Assembly: GCF_000315625.1 (NCBI RefSeq)
Contig: NW_005434657.1
Location: forward strand, 83,539-147,538
Reading direction: 5' to 3'
Length of the DNA stretch: 64,000 nucleotides
From: Guillardia theta CCMP2712
Taxonomy: Eukaryota; Protista; Cryptophyta
Shown here: piece by piece, positions 23,886 to 36,569 of the stretch
How positions within the stretch are numbered: position 1 is the stretch's first letter
How the letters are laid out: each line of letters opens with the position of its first letter
Program-made: the position numbers and the translations under genes
Notes under the pieces: generated by a model
Told to the model about the DNA's origin: nothing
The model's database searches: none
What the model saw: the letters and a program-made list of their open reading frames with translations, nothing else

Positions 23886-24035
23886 AATTCTTTTTTCGCT
23901 TTTCATGGGTGCAGCATCTGGACTGCTGAAGCGAGGAGGAGGAGGAGGAGGAGGAGGAGGAGGAGGAGGAGGAGGCAAGAGAGGAGAAGAAGAGGTGCGT
24001 ACTATCACTTGTCCCTCTGATTGACAGGATACCTC

Positions 24036-27000
24036 ATGATGGTTTTGTCTGTTAGCTGCTGTCAGGTCTGCGAGATGAAACTTTCAATGGCACAACCGAA
24101 TCCTTGAGCACCTGTGAAGAGAGTACGTGTCCTGCTGTCCCTGTCTTGTCCCTTACAAGTGGATCAGTCGACCAGGACGATCAATCATCTTGCACAACTT
24201 CGTCGTGGGACTCGTTGGATGAAGTACCCTTCGAGGTATGAAAGATCGCAAACATTACGATTATGATTGAGGCCTGCCGGTTTCCAGATTTCTCTTGAGA
24301 TTGTTGAAGATGTTTTCATTCTAGCGTGTAAAGATATCGCAAAGCTTCACTGGAGTCATGACGGTTGGCTCCCTCTATCGTCTTTTCCGCAGCTGATCAA
24401 AGCGAGTGCAGAATACCTGAATGTGAACCTTCACGAGGCTGAGCTTTCGTTCCAAAGAGAAGAAAAGGTCCATGGCCATGACCTGTAGAAGAGGATGAGT
24501 TACAAGTATCGTCATGTAGGAGGCCTTTGAAGCTGAGCAAAGGGCCATGAAGGAGAAGATGGAGTATGAAGCGTCACTGCTACAGGTGCGCCAGTTTACA
24601 ATGACAAGGCCTATGGTGATATTGACGGTCGTATATCAGATGCAAAAAGAGAGGGATGAGATGGTTGTTGCTGGTGAGAGAATGTCCGGACATTTTTGTG
24701 CTCTGTGAAAGATTTTGAGAACAGAGCGAGAGGCGCTGAAGGAGATAGAAGAAGCTGAAGAAGCTGAAAGAATGGCAGAAAAAGGTAGGACGTCCCGAAG
24801 ATCCGTGTCCTGACGTCAACAACCTAGAGCTGAGAGAGGCGGAAGAGGCGGCAGTTGACTATCAGAAGGTGCGAGTGCACTTTCAAAGCTCGTCGATCAT
24901 GAAGTGATCATGAAGTGCCGTAGGAGCTGCAAGAGGCCAAGGACGCAGAAGAATTCTTACGGGTGAAGAAGAAAGAGAAGCAAAATCTCAAACGCTCCCT
25001 TGCAAGTCTGCAAAGGTCAGTCCAGGAATGGCTGACGGTGACAGCGATCAATGAGCATTGCTGAAATACAGATTGGCCAACGAAGCAGAAGTAGCTGCCA
25101 ACGAAGCTGAAGTCAGAGTATGCTTTCTTCACGTCTCGCCTCCCATGATAACAGTCCCGTTAGTCTGCAGCTGACGACAACAATGATAGCCTGAAGAAAG
25201 AATCCGATCGACTCCGGTGTGCGAGCTCATGTAGACTAAATCTTTGAGATGGCATGACACGTCACGTAAAGCATTCAGGCAATCATCGCAAGAAATCGAG
25301 AGACGCTGGCTCTCGAGGCCTTGCAGGAAGCGGAGAAAGAAGTGCAGGCAGCTGAGCTGATAGCAATCAAAGAGAGGCTGGAGGTAGAAGTTTCTAAGCA
25401 CACCCTTGAGGCTCATCTGCTGCCAGGCTGACGAGGCTCAAAGACGAGCTGAGAAAGAGCTGAGAGAGGCAGAGGAAGCAAAGCTGCGGGCGATCAAGGT
25501 GAGAGCATCTCTTAGGTTCATCGGGTCAAAATCACCAACAGGAACGACAAGAGGCCGATGAGGCTCGCGCTCGATACGAAAAAGAGCGACGGGGTGCCAA
25601 ACTCAAGCTCAATCCCAGCTGATTCTAATGCGTTGACAGAGTACGAGGAGGCTTACACCAACATGCTGAGAGAGCAGCAGGAGTTCGAAGAAGCGAAGGT
25701 GAATGAGGTTCATCTCGACCGATCTGATGGCTTCGAGCAGATCAAGGCAGAGAAGGAGCGGAGAGAAGCGGAGGCGGCGAAGTAGCAGCGAACTTCCGAT
25801 GACTCGCCCGTCCCATCTCACTTGACTTGCAGGAGACAGATGGAAACAGCCATGGTGCTGATGACCTCCCAGCAGTGCGTGTCGGTGACTTGGCGTCCTG
25901 ATGCTCCTTGAAGACCGCTGAAAGCTTATCCAGAAATCACTTGAGGCTCAGAGGCTAGTTTCGAGGGGGCTGAAGGTGAGATTCTGATCTCCTTGCCCTC
26001 CTCCTCATCCCTTCTAGATCATCCCCGACGACTACAAAACCCTCGAGGTACTCCCACCAACGACCATCCCTCCTAACGCGGCGCAAGGACGCGATTCTGA
26101 GCTTCCAGACCGGAGGAGGAGGGGGTGGGACGCTGGAGGTTTTTGTCCGGAGAGGTCAACCCGAGGCTTTCCTCCCCATCCTGTCTCTGACGACCACAAG
26201 GTCTTCATCGAGTGGCGAGAGACTCCGACGCGGAGGAAGTGGAGGTCAAGGATGGCGGCGAGTGAGGACTGGGCTGACCCTCATTCAGCTCAATCTGGCG
26301 GTGCGGATCTTCGGGGAGGATGGGGCCGGCCTAGAGGGCTCCCTGATCCTGTCAGGAAGGTAGGAACTGAGGCGGACAAGGTTATGACGACTTGGGCAGG
26401 TGAGGGATCGGGGACGATAGAGAACGTGCGGGTGGGAAGTTCAAACTGCTCGACTATCTTCGTTGGGGGAGGGGAGTGGGGAATCAGCAGGTGCAGCCTT
26501 GTGAGTGACAGAGCCTTGAGCTCAGTAGTCTCCTGTGCCGGCTCGTCAAGGCTGCAAGTAAGGGTCCGATGGAGGTGGCGAACGTATTCTGAGAGCATGT
26601 CAAGGTGGTGCACACGACGATCAGCGGTCTGAACGAGGACAGACAAGCTCGCACGGGGGTCCTGACGCACGACAACTCGGAGGCAAGACTGAGCGACTGT
26701 GTCGTGTGCTTCTGCTCCTCGAGGTGAGAAGGGCCTCGTTTTGTTCGCTCGCTCATGTCTTGCTGCAGCGCTCTCTCGCTGTCTGATGCATCCGCAATGC
26801 GGCTCGAGGTGACGTGGCATGTGTTTGGCCCGATGTTGATCGACTTCCCTCGCAGCGCTGTAGAGTCCACGATAGCAAAAGTCTGATCGACCGCGATCGG
26901 CGAGGAAGAAATCAAACCTGCGAGCTCGAGCTGAGAAACTGCCACGTGGACTGCGAGAAGGTGAGGGTGTGAGTTTGCAAACACTCGGGGCCTCATGACG

Positions 27001-27159
27001 GCAAAGGTCTGGAAGGAAGGAAGTTGCCGGGAGCAGGTCTTAGTGAACGATCACGGTCTAGACATTCTTGACGAGTGTCTTCGGGCATTGACATACTGGC
27101 GCTACAGGGAATCGATATGTCTTCTTCACATCTTCGCGAGAGGGGAACCTCTTGCCTGA
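24036..27159 (+). CDS. Multi-exon protein: charged coiled-coil region, then a right-handed parallel beta-helix (pectin-lyase-like) domain
   Basis: E/K/R-rich exons at 24500-25900; IIPDDYKTLE|DAI, GSGTIENVRV, TIFVGGGEWGISRCSL, ARLSDCVV, ELELRNCHV are typical beta-helix repeats; start uncertain. Confidence 0.5.
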
Positions 27160-27199
27160 CGGCTGCCTCACGAGCCTTGAGTAAGCAGCACGAGCAAGA

Positions 27200-28630
27200 T
27201 CAGATTTCCGGCACATCCAGTTCCCCCAGCAGCTCCTCAACCTGAAGAATCTTCAGCTTGAGGGTTGAGAAGGGAACTCTTTACATCTGGGAGAAGGTTA
27301 CGATGTTTCGCCTGCTTGTAGGCATACCAGTCGCCATGTCCGCTGTCCCTGCATGGCTTCAGGCTCCGGATATCGTCTCTTGTAAGAAGGCCGACCTTCT
27401 CTGCGGAACCTCCCAAGCAGCATGCAGCTCGTCAGCTGCGCTGCTCCCTGCGTGTGTTGTGGGCTGCTGTTCGTTTTGTTCCTCATCAAGAAGTTGAGGA
27501 GAAGGAGATGCAAGATGAGGAAAAGGAGGCTGACTAGGAGGGAAAGAGCAGCATGAGGATCCACGAGTCACCGAGCTGTGGCTGATCTTTTCAAAGGAGC
27601 AGCCGTCATGGTCGATCACGATCGGCGCCGCGCGGGGGGGCAGGTCGTCTACGGAGATCTAGCAAGAGATGAGATGCAGCATGACGAGAGTGGCAGACCT
27701 CTTCGCTCTCCAACGAGCTGGATTCGTGAAGGGCCGACGACCCCAGCAGAGGGAGGCAGGTACTCACTGCATACTCACAGAGCTCGAGATAGTGGCGGCT
27801 CGTCTCGATGCTGCTGATGTCATTGCAAGAAGAGAGCCAGGTCAAGTCACCTCAAAGGCGTTTGGGTCTGGACAGATGATCGGAAGGCTTCAGAAACGCG
27901 CAACAAAAGCTTGCAGAGCTTCCGCAAGAGAGCCTCTGCCGTTTGACATTCAACATCCGTGGAGAATGAGCGAAGATTGGCTTCACCTTCACGTCCTTCC
28001 GCAGAAGTTCGTGACGATTTTGAAAGCTGCTGCCACCTGGCTTGCATGTCTGCTCTGGAAGAACAATCAGGAAGCAGCGGCGATATCATGTGACGTCACA
28101 TGATGCGATGTGCCCCGTCGGCACATTCTGCTGCCTCTCTCGGGCTCAAGGTGAAGTCCAGCCTCTTGTCTCTGCTCATCACCGAGTGGAACTCTCCGAT
28201 CATTGACTGATCGCTGGCGAGGTCGTAACAGAGGAAGGACGGCAACGACTCGCTTTGCGAGGGTTGAAACTCGCTCCTAGAGTCATCGAGATGCTGGAAC
28301 TTGACTTTCCCTATGCCGAGATTGATGTCTTCGTCTGAAAATGTCAAGTTGAACAACCCATGGATCGCAGCATTCCAACTGGATCTTGTCAGGAGGACCT
28401 CCCAACTCGATCCCTTGCAACCCACCGGATCTCGGCGCACGCAGGAGCCAAGACAGCAGCAGGGGCCTTCATAGAAGCCATCCACTCATCCGCATGCTGC
28501 CGCAAGTGTGTCACTAGGCGGAAGACCTGAGGCAGGGGCGAAGAACCTCCAACTGCACGTTCGATCTCTGGGCACGTGCTGATCCTAAGGACGCAAAGGC
28601 TCTTGACAACAACGCCCGATTCCTTCCAAC
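27200..28630 (-). CDS. Hypothetical multi-exon protein
   Basis: Coding-like ORFs 28096..28485 and 27847..28089 with flanking splice signals; no family recognised. Confidence 0.3.
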
Positions 28631-28794
28631 ACGCCTCAGGCCATGTCAGATGCAAAATCCCTTGACCTCCGCACACTCCGCATGCTGTCTTCTTCTCTGC
28701 TGCTCGTTCCACGATCTCTGGGCAGGGAGGAATCCAGGAAGATCGAAGGAGGAGAAACTGATTGAGAAGCAGACATGGGGTACAAGATTGATGA

Positions 28795-29110
28795 CATGTT
28801 GCACTGCCGATGAAGGAAGGTACTTGCTGTTCACACTGCCGATGAAGGAAGGTACTTGCTGTCAAAAGACAAGTTCACCTCAAAGGTAATTGTGAAAGCA
28901 ATAAAAAACGATCTAAATATGTCGAGGGACCAAACAAGAATATGTCATTATTTCCTTCTTTCTTTCGTCCTAATATCAAGCATTCTCTACCTTCCTTCAT
29001 CATGATATCAAGATATCTATCTTCCTTCATCATGACATCAAGATATCTATCTTCCTTCATCATAATATCAAGCAATCTCTACCTTCCTTCATCATAACAT
29101 CAAGCTATCT
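28795..29110. repeat. Two short tandem arrays (32-bp x2; ~33-bp x4)
   Basis: 'cactgccgatgaaggaaggtacttgctgt' twice; 'atcaagatatctatcttccttcatcat' about 4 degenerate copies. Confidence 0.9.
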
Positions 29111-29279
29111 CTCTGCTATCTCTGCCCTGTGCATCGATGAAAGTTTGTGGGAACCCTTTCTGCTTGCTTTGACCACTCGTTTTCGTTGGCCGTATTTTCT
29201 ATCTACCTGATGCTGCCCTCCTCAATCATTACGACGTCTTTCTGAGGCAAGCGCGTTTGATCTCTTGTTCTCACCGGCA

Positions 29280-29690
29280 ACGCACTGAGTCACGTGGCAC
29301 TGCCACGGTCACGAGTCCAGGAGCCTGGTCGGACGGTCCGCCGGCCGCGGGCCCCCGGTCGGTTGAACTGAGTTGAACCTCAGCCGCTTGATCGGATCCT
29401 GGATCGGATCCAACCTAACCAAACTCGGACGGCCTTATGAAGCCTTGAAGCCTTGCTGGCACTGAGGAGTGACTCTGCACTGATTGCACTTCTCACTGCC
29501 AACGGGGTGCACACTGAGGGCTCCGGCCCCCCCGGCCCGCCGGGCTTTGCGGCGGCGTGACCGTACTACCGTACGGCGGTGCGGCCCCGGCACGGCCCGA
29601 CTACGGCGGTCACCCGGCCGGGCCCGGGCCTGGACTCCTTGCCCGGGTCAGGGCGGGCTGACTCGGGGCGCTAATCTTTGCTTGGGGGGT
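29280..29690. repeat. GC-rich, palindrome-rich non-coding element (possible dispersed repeat or non-autonomous element)
   Basis: CCGG/GGCC-dense; inverted GTGACCG (29557)/CGGTCAC (29607); short doubled words GTTGAAC, GATCGGATCC, GAAGCCTT, TACGGCGGT. Confidence 0.45.
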
Positions 29691-29895
29691 GTTCACTGGT
29701 AGTGAGAGGGTGGGGTGGAGTGATGGGGTGGGTGGTACCATAGTGGCTGGGGTAAACTAAAAGATAGTCGGAGCGGCTCTCAGGGACGGGCACTACTACA
29801 GCAGGGGTGGTACAAAGCGGCAGATGAGACACAAATGGGGGTAGGGTGATATGGGAGGGGTGATTGCAAGGGATGGTCGGAGAAGGGGGTGTGGA
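29680..29895. promoter_or_regulatory. G-rich motif cluster
   Basis: CAAATGGGGGTAGGGTGAT at 29832-29850; several GGGGTG tracts. Confidence 0.4.
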
Positions 29896-29907
29896 GTGAC
29901 GTCGGAT

Positions 29908-30130
29908 GAGAGTATTTTGTTTTGAAGATGCTACAGCGGCTCACGACGAGAGTATTTTGTTTTGAAGATGCTACAGCGGCTCACGACGAGAGTTGATGAT
30001 AGATATGAGATGATAGATATGAGATGATAGATATGAGATGATTAGATATGAGATGATAGATATGAGATGATAGATATGAGATGATAGATATGTATGATAG
30101 ATATGAGATGATAGAGATTAATGATGATAT
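29908..30130. repeat. 40-bp direct duplication followed by an (ATGATAGATATGAG)n minisatellite
   Basis: 'gagagtattttgttttgaagatgctacagcggctcacgac' x2, then 14-bp units. Confidence 0.9.
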
Positions 30131-30413
30131 GCATGCGATGATAGGCGATAGAGATGGTCGTCGTAGAAAAAGAGATGAAAGGCTGAGATAGAGGTAATAG
30201 AGACAGTGAAGTGATGATCGACGGCATGAATGAATGATGAATGAGAGAGTTAGACAATGATGGTAGAGATTATGAGACACGTACAGAAATGTCAGGCCTG
30301 AATCGGAGAAGATGAACATGAAGATTCAGATGATAGATATGCCAATGAAGATAGGCTAGAAGGTGATGATGGTCAGATTTCATCACCTGTGGAGGGGACG
30401 ATGAGAGTGATGC

Positions 30414-32469
30414 ATGACGATAGCTACGGCGATGAAGTTGTATGGCGATATGATGTTCTTTGCGAGTGAACCTGATAATTTGCAGGAGAAGATGGAGAGT
30501 ATGCTGGATCGATCAGATCTACGATCTCCAGGAGAGGCTGGATTGGACGAAGAGACGAAGATGGAGAGGATGGTTCAAAACAAAGTAGATGCCATAGAAA
30601 ATGTGCTTGAAACTCTTCGATTACGAGTCTTCTGACAGCGAGTTGCAGATTGTGGTTGCTGGCAGTGAGCGTAAATATCTAGTATGCATATTCACGCTTG
30701 GTTGCGATCCGAACAGCAACGTTCTTTCTGACAGATCTCTCAAATTCATGCGCGATTGCGGTTCGTCATGCTCATGCAGCCACTATGATGAGCTCGACTG
30801 AGTCCTCGTGCAGGAAGTGACGCTAAGACCATCGAAGAAGCGAGATGCTGCCCTTCCTTCCGAACGTCTCTGCTTAAACGTTTTGCTGAATGCAACAAGA
30901 AGGCAAAATACGACATTTCATCTGACATGGATGGTGATGGATTGTTTACAGGTATTTGAAGAATGGAAGAAGCACAAAACAAAGAGTCAACCACTGCAAC
31001 TCAGGAGGTTTATGATCCTATCGCGTCCTGTATTCTTCTACTGCTGCTCTGTTCAAGATGCTGAAATTTTGCAGTTTGACCAATCAGATGGAACTTTAGA
31101 TCAGTACGGAAACGTGCAAAGACAAGTTGTGATCAACACTTACAATGACGTGTGGGATGCCTTCTTCTTTCGTTGCCTCTGACAGCATTTCAGATTTTGG
31201 AGAGTATGTATGATGCTGTAGATAATCCAACCCAACAGGTGAGAAGCGGCGTTTGCTCTGAGGCGAGGTTGACTCTCCTCCAGGAGGCGCCACAAGGAAG
31301 CAATCAAGCGGGAACGGAGGAGGAGGGTGCTGGATACGTTGATAACCGTGATCACCGTCAACAATTCAGTGCCGATGCGCTCTCGCAGGATGACACGAAG
31401 CCGGAAGGGGACGAGGAGCTCCCTTTTGGCCCTTTTGTGAATGCCCATCAGAACGTGAATGTGAATGATTTAGTCAACAATGGAATGTTAGGAGCAGGAA
31501 AGCAGAAGAAAGGTGCAAGGAGCGTTGGCGCGGTACTGTCTGACAGTGAGTTTCAGATCTTCTTGTACGCTCGCGTGAACCTGCTCCTGCTCTACACAAA
31601 CGAATGATATCTTCCTTCAAGGCCTGCTTCCCGTGAAGGCAAACTCGTTGAATCTTGCTTCATTGATTGTCTCTCAGATGTTTTGGACCGCATTCCCAGA
31701 TGTTAGATGATGATATTTTGAATCCTGGTAAGTCAAACTATTCGCTTTCTTTGATTTCAGGTGACGTTGCGATCGGCAAGGCCATACTGTTGCAAAAATG
31801 CGGAAGCAACCTGGAAGAGCAGGGGAAAACAAGCAGCAGGTGAATGGTGACTGATGGGCTTCACAGCACTGCTGAGCGATGACTAGCAGCATGAAGCCAA
31901 GACACCTGAGCGAGAGATGTCAAACGCTGCAGCAGACTTGAACATCTCACCAGGATTCGACGGGAACTCATACCGCCACCTTCTTGACTCGTCGATCTCC
32001 AGCCCGTACCAGCAGATCAATTCTCAAGCGGTGCGACGTGAGCAAGAGCTTGTGAGCATGGCTGACTACTGTTGTCATCAGATGTTGATGTATCAAGCCA
32101 AGAGCCCGCCTCGTCTAGAAGCCAAGGTTGAAGATCTAACAAGGTACTGCCGGAACTTTGATGTTGACCTGTGACATGATGGCTTGCAGTGAAGGCATAG
32201 AGCATGAAAGCAAACATGTAAACACAAGCGCTTTCTTCAATTCAGTTGTCCCCTCAAGAAATCAAGGCGTAGATGAAGTACAAGGGACTTCACCAAGTGT
32301 CAACTTGTTGAGTTGTTCACAGATACAAAACAAAGCACAAGATGAAATGGATCAGGTTGCGAATCAATGGAGCAAGGTCATGATCCTTTCAAGGAATTCG
32401 AATGCTTACAAAGGGTTGCAGATTGCAACGGCTGATAACCGATCAGTGGCGATAGGCGTACAATGTTAG
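30414..32469 (+). pseudogene. Fragmented multi-exon coding-like region, possibly degraded
   Basis: Exon-like segments with splice signals (EKMESMLDRSD.., EAPQGSNQAGTEEE..), but apparent in-frame stops near 31605 and 31707; no family recognised. Confidence 0.25.
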
Positions 32470-32559
32470 GGTTCACAAAAAGTTAATCTTCTCAGGCATT
32501 CCATTTCATCAGAATTTTTCACAAAATTCTTGTACTGTAAACGTTCATGTTGTCGATTC

Positions 32560-35500
32560 TCAAAGTCTTTTCTGCAACTCACGTAACTTGGAATAGACTT
32601 GTAGCAGTCGTCGTAGTATCGGTCTTGCTGGACTGCTTTGACTGCAGTAGCTGTAGCAGGTCTTGTCGCAAGAGGAGTAGATGTATCCCTGTTGCGGTGC
32701 CCCCGTTGACAGCGCGTCTGATATGCAAAAGTTCCTGCAGCACTTGAAGCAATCGGAGCTAGCTCCTGTCGCCCTCTCATTGTTGCAGCTGTAAAACGAC
32801 TGCGCAGCATCGTTACAACAGCTCAAGGGCCCCGCAAGGCCTCCATGCTCACCGGCACGTTGGTGTACAGCAAGGAAGCAGACAGCGAGATTCGGTTCCG
32901 CTGGTTCGACACTTGTACTGTCAGGGTCGCCTTCACGCTTCGCTCCTGCGTGTTGACATTCTGCCTCACAAGGGGCATGGGAGGCACTTGGCAGAGGAGT
33001 TTGCTGTCCGATACCCACGTGACAGACTGGCAGGGCAGCTGTAAATGCCGTCAGCCGTCGTTCCCTCAAGCTTCACTGACCTGCTTGCGTGTGGAGACGA
33101 GAACCTGACTGGGAGCTTGCCAAGTGAACTTGTATCGACTCGCCAACACCTTCTGGTACTGCTGTTGAGGTCCGAAGTTCCTCCCCAGGATGGTGACGGT
33201 GGTCATGCCGTGATAGTCGACGCTGTTTGGCGAGACTGACAAGATGGCAGGGGCATTGTATCCATACGAGTGACTTTGTACAGTCGCGACTCCGTGCCAG
33301 TAGACCGTCAGGTCTTGGAAGGAACCGACGCCCGGTGGAGCGATGCAGACAATCGCTGGGATGGGGTTGGGAGGAACCCAGTCAGCGCAGAGGGTGTCAG
33401 CATTGTTGGTACCACTGACAGCCTTGAACACGATGCTGCATGCTGTGGCAAACGTCTCCGGGGAGGAGGGAGACTGTCGGACGGAGACAGCAAGGTACTG
33501 AGAGTTGATGACTGTGTCTTGATCTGTAGGAGTTGAGTCGATGTTGGACAGGTTGGCAGCTCCGAGGATGCCTGACGGGCCTTGTCTGTCGACGTCAGAG
33601 GGCAGCATGTAGTATCCCTGGATCGTGATCACGTTTCCTCCTGACGTCTGTCCCTTTGCTGGGCCCACGGGGATGGGCAGCGACTTATAAGCCGTTATGA
33701 TCTGCGTCGAACGGTCTCAGCCTTGACCTCTGGCTCCTCCCCCACCTTGATGTTCGAGTCCGTCGACGCACAGGTGCCGGTCTTGAGCTGGGCATTCAGA
33801 GGACAGTAGGGGCCTAGAGCGAGGTCAGCTGGTCGTCTCGCCTCCAAGCCATACGTGACATACCGACTGAGGTGTTGCAGAGAAAGGAGAGGTACTGGGG
33901 AACTTCACAGCCGCACTGCTTGGAGACTGCAGCGGTCCTGTAAACGCTTCCAGCTGTTGACAATGTTCAGGTCGTCTCTACCCCGACAACTCCAGCTGTT
34001 CTTTACCGTCTCGGTTCACCCGATACTGCGTGAGACCATACTTGCCCGAAAGATAATTGCCAACTCGATCCATTTCCTGCAGCGAGAGAGACTCGTTGTA
34101 GATCAGTAGCTCCGCAAGGTCGATCGTTCCGAACCCTGCAGCTCCTCGTCATGTTGTCACTCTCACGTCACCATTCAACACCAGCAGACGCCCTGTTTGC
34201 TTGATCCAACACTCCAAGTCGAAGTTGTTGAATTGCCGGGGGGGTGGCGTTGACGACACTGAGGGGAGGGGTGGGAGAGGCTGGAGAAACGAAGTGAGGG
34301 GACGTCGCTTGTTAAGTGAGATGTACCAACAAACCCATCGATGAAACCTTCTGCCAGGCTGCCGTTCACTCGCAGAGACACGATATGCCAGTTGTTGGAG
34401 CTCTGATAAGATCGGGCACCTGATGGCCCCCATAGATCTAGACATGCTGTTGGGATGCTGCGGTCCCATTCATCTCCTGCATCCAATCCTGCAGTTCATT
34501 CACCTCGAAAAGCTGCAGCCTCCCTGAGCCGAGCAGACAGCAGCGCAACTGTTATCGTCGAGCTTCTCTCCGTACTCCAACTGTGATATTCAAACATCAA
34601 ATCCTGTATTTTGATACTGTGCATGGCTTTGCGTACGTTGAGGGTTGAGAAGGATGTGATTCGCCCCTGCTCGCATTGAGGACAACTAGTCCCCGAGCAT
34701 CCCAACCCTTGCAGGCCTGAGTTGTTGACGCAGCTCGTGCAGGAGGAGAAGAGCGACAGACTAGCCAAGGAGTTGCTCGCGGAGCTCTGTGCGATCGTGT
34801 CAGGAGAGAAGAATGCAAGCAAGCAAGCGTCACTTCGGCTAGGTTGAGAATGCCCATCACTCCTGTATCGCCCACGTTTTGATGTGTGCGAACAACAAGG
34901 AAGATGGTGTATCTGAGAGACACAGGCATGACTGAGGAAGCAGCCGAAGTTCAAACCTGTTCTGTTGGAAGGGGTTCGTCTCGAAACCTGTCCCTATCAC
35001 TCAATTGCTGCTTGACTCTCTATGATCGCAAACCTGCTTGCCCGTTGGTTTCCATCTGCAGAAATTGACCTGAGGAAACGCCTCAGCCATACAAGCGGCG
35101 ACTCGAGGCTTTACCTTGCGTGCCCTCAGTGTTATTTCGAGAGAATCGAACTACCCCCCATCCATTCAAGACGTTGGCCTGATACGTCGGTTGCCTAGTC
35201 GTCGAGCTTCGTTAGTCGTCCCACGTGCTGAGGTAGAATGGTATGCTCTACCACATTGACACGTTCTGAACCAGTTTCTCGTTGGCTTCATTGGCTGTGA
35301 AGTTTGACTGAGATGTCTCCCTTTCAAAGATTTCGGAATGTCACTCGCCTCCCACGAGAATCTTCTGCTGGGAGCAGGACGAGGTTGAGGGCATTCCGTT
35401 GTAGCAGATGTTCGCGACGTTCTGCCTGCACGAGGACGAGGCTGAGACTCAAGCGAGAAGGATCGGATCAGTCACACCATTCGCTGACGGAGCTTCCGCT

Positions 35501-36520
35501 GGCAACCTTGTCTCGCAGGAAGACATCAGGCGTGTACCAGAACCTTGAAGCCGTTAGGGCGGTCACTAGCGGAGGGGCCCACCTCAGGTTAGGATGATAG
35601 GCGTTGGGCTGCTTGTATCTGCTGCCCCGTCAGAGCCGGCGGAAGTGACGGGAACTCGCCTGGTCGTCAACGTAGTCGGTAGCTTGACACCTCCCACGCT
35701 ACTGCCAGGAGGAAAGTAGGACGAGCTGCGGACAAGAGTGAGGCTCCCCTAGCAACACAAGTGAAGAGAAAGTGAGGAGAAGAGCGAGTGAGGAGAAGAA
35801 TTTGATCAAACGGTTCTAAACGTGTCCACATACCTGCCTGTAATGACAGAGAGGGAAACATCCGACCATTGTGTTGATGTGGAGTGTATCATGGACACGA
35901 GTATCATGATCCTCCAGGTCATGCTTGGCTCCACGTTTCTCTCTTGCTTCCTTCCCATCACAGGCACCTGTGTCTGTGCCCACCTTGTCGTCCTGGTCTA
36001 CCTTCTCCTCTCACCTCCCCGCTTCTCACCTTCCCTCCCTCTGTATGGCTACCTCGCTAATTGTTTTTGACTCGTCTGCCTACATATTTCTACCTGCAGC
36101 TGTTTCCTCCTCTCCTCTCCCCTCCTCTCCTCTCCTCTCCTCTCTCCTCCTCTCCTCTCCTCTCCTCTTCTCCTCCCCTTGCATCCTCCTTTCATCCCCT
36201 TGCATCCTCCTCTACCCTCTCCTGCGTTCTTCCCCCATCTAGTCCGCTTTTTGTAGGGCCAGTAAACTGCAACCTTATCCTGAGAAACTATTCCTGTCCC
36301 GTCTTAAGTCACATGCTGATAAGTTTCGCCGGACACACTCGACATTTCAGATCTGAGGTGGGCATATAAATTTATTTTCGCCGGATTAATGGGGAACGTC
36401 ACGGCGTTGCTCGTCTGGCTGATGCCATAACAGGAAGGTATCCAGCAGAAGCAGAGAAGTCCACCGGCTGCAAGGACGTCAGACGACAAACATGGCGGCG
36501 AGTCGTCAAGGCAACTCACT
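32560..36520 (-). CDS. Large secreted/surface protein with a LamG (concanavalin-A-like) domain, two IPT/TIG domains and a Cys-rich C-terminus
   Basis: QPTYQANVLNGWGVVRFS, YTIFLVVR, WHIVSLRVNGSLAEGFIDG (LamG-like); GPAKGQTSGGNVITIQG..IVCIAPPGVG and APAILSVSPNSV..TVTILGRNFG..VTWVSDSKLLCQVP (IPT/TIG); CFKCCRNFC..CDKTCYSYC; start uncertain. Confidence 0.65.
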
Positions 36521-36569
36521 GCTTGATGGACTGCAGGCACTTGTGCAGGAAGTGTTTCTTGTCTATCAG

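Noticed and set aside
28795-29110. CRISPR-like 32-37 bp repeats here and at 52660-52775
   Set aside because: Head-to-tail tandem copies with no unique spacers, no cas genes, and a eukaryotic context
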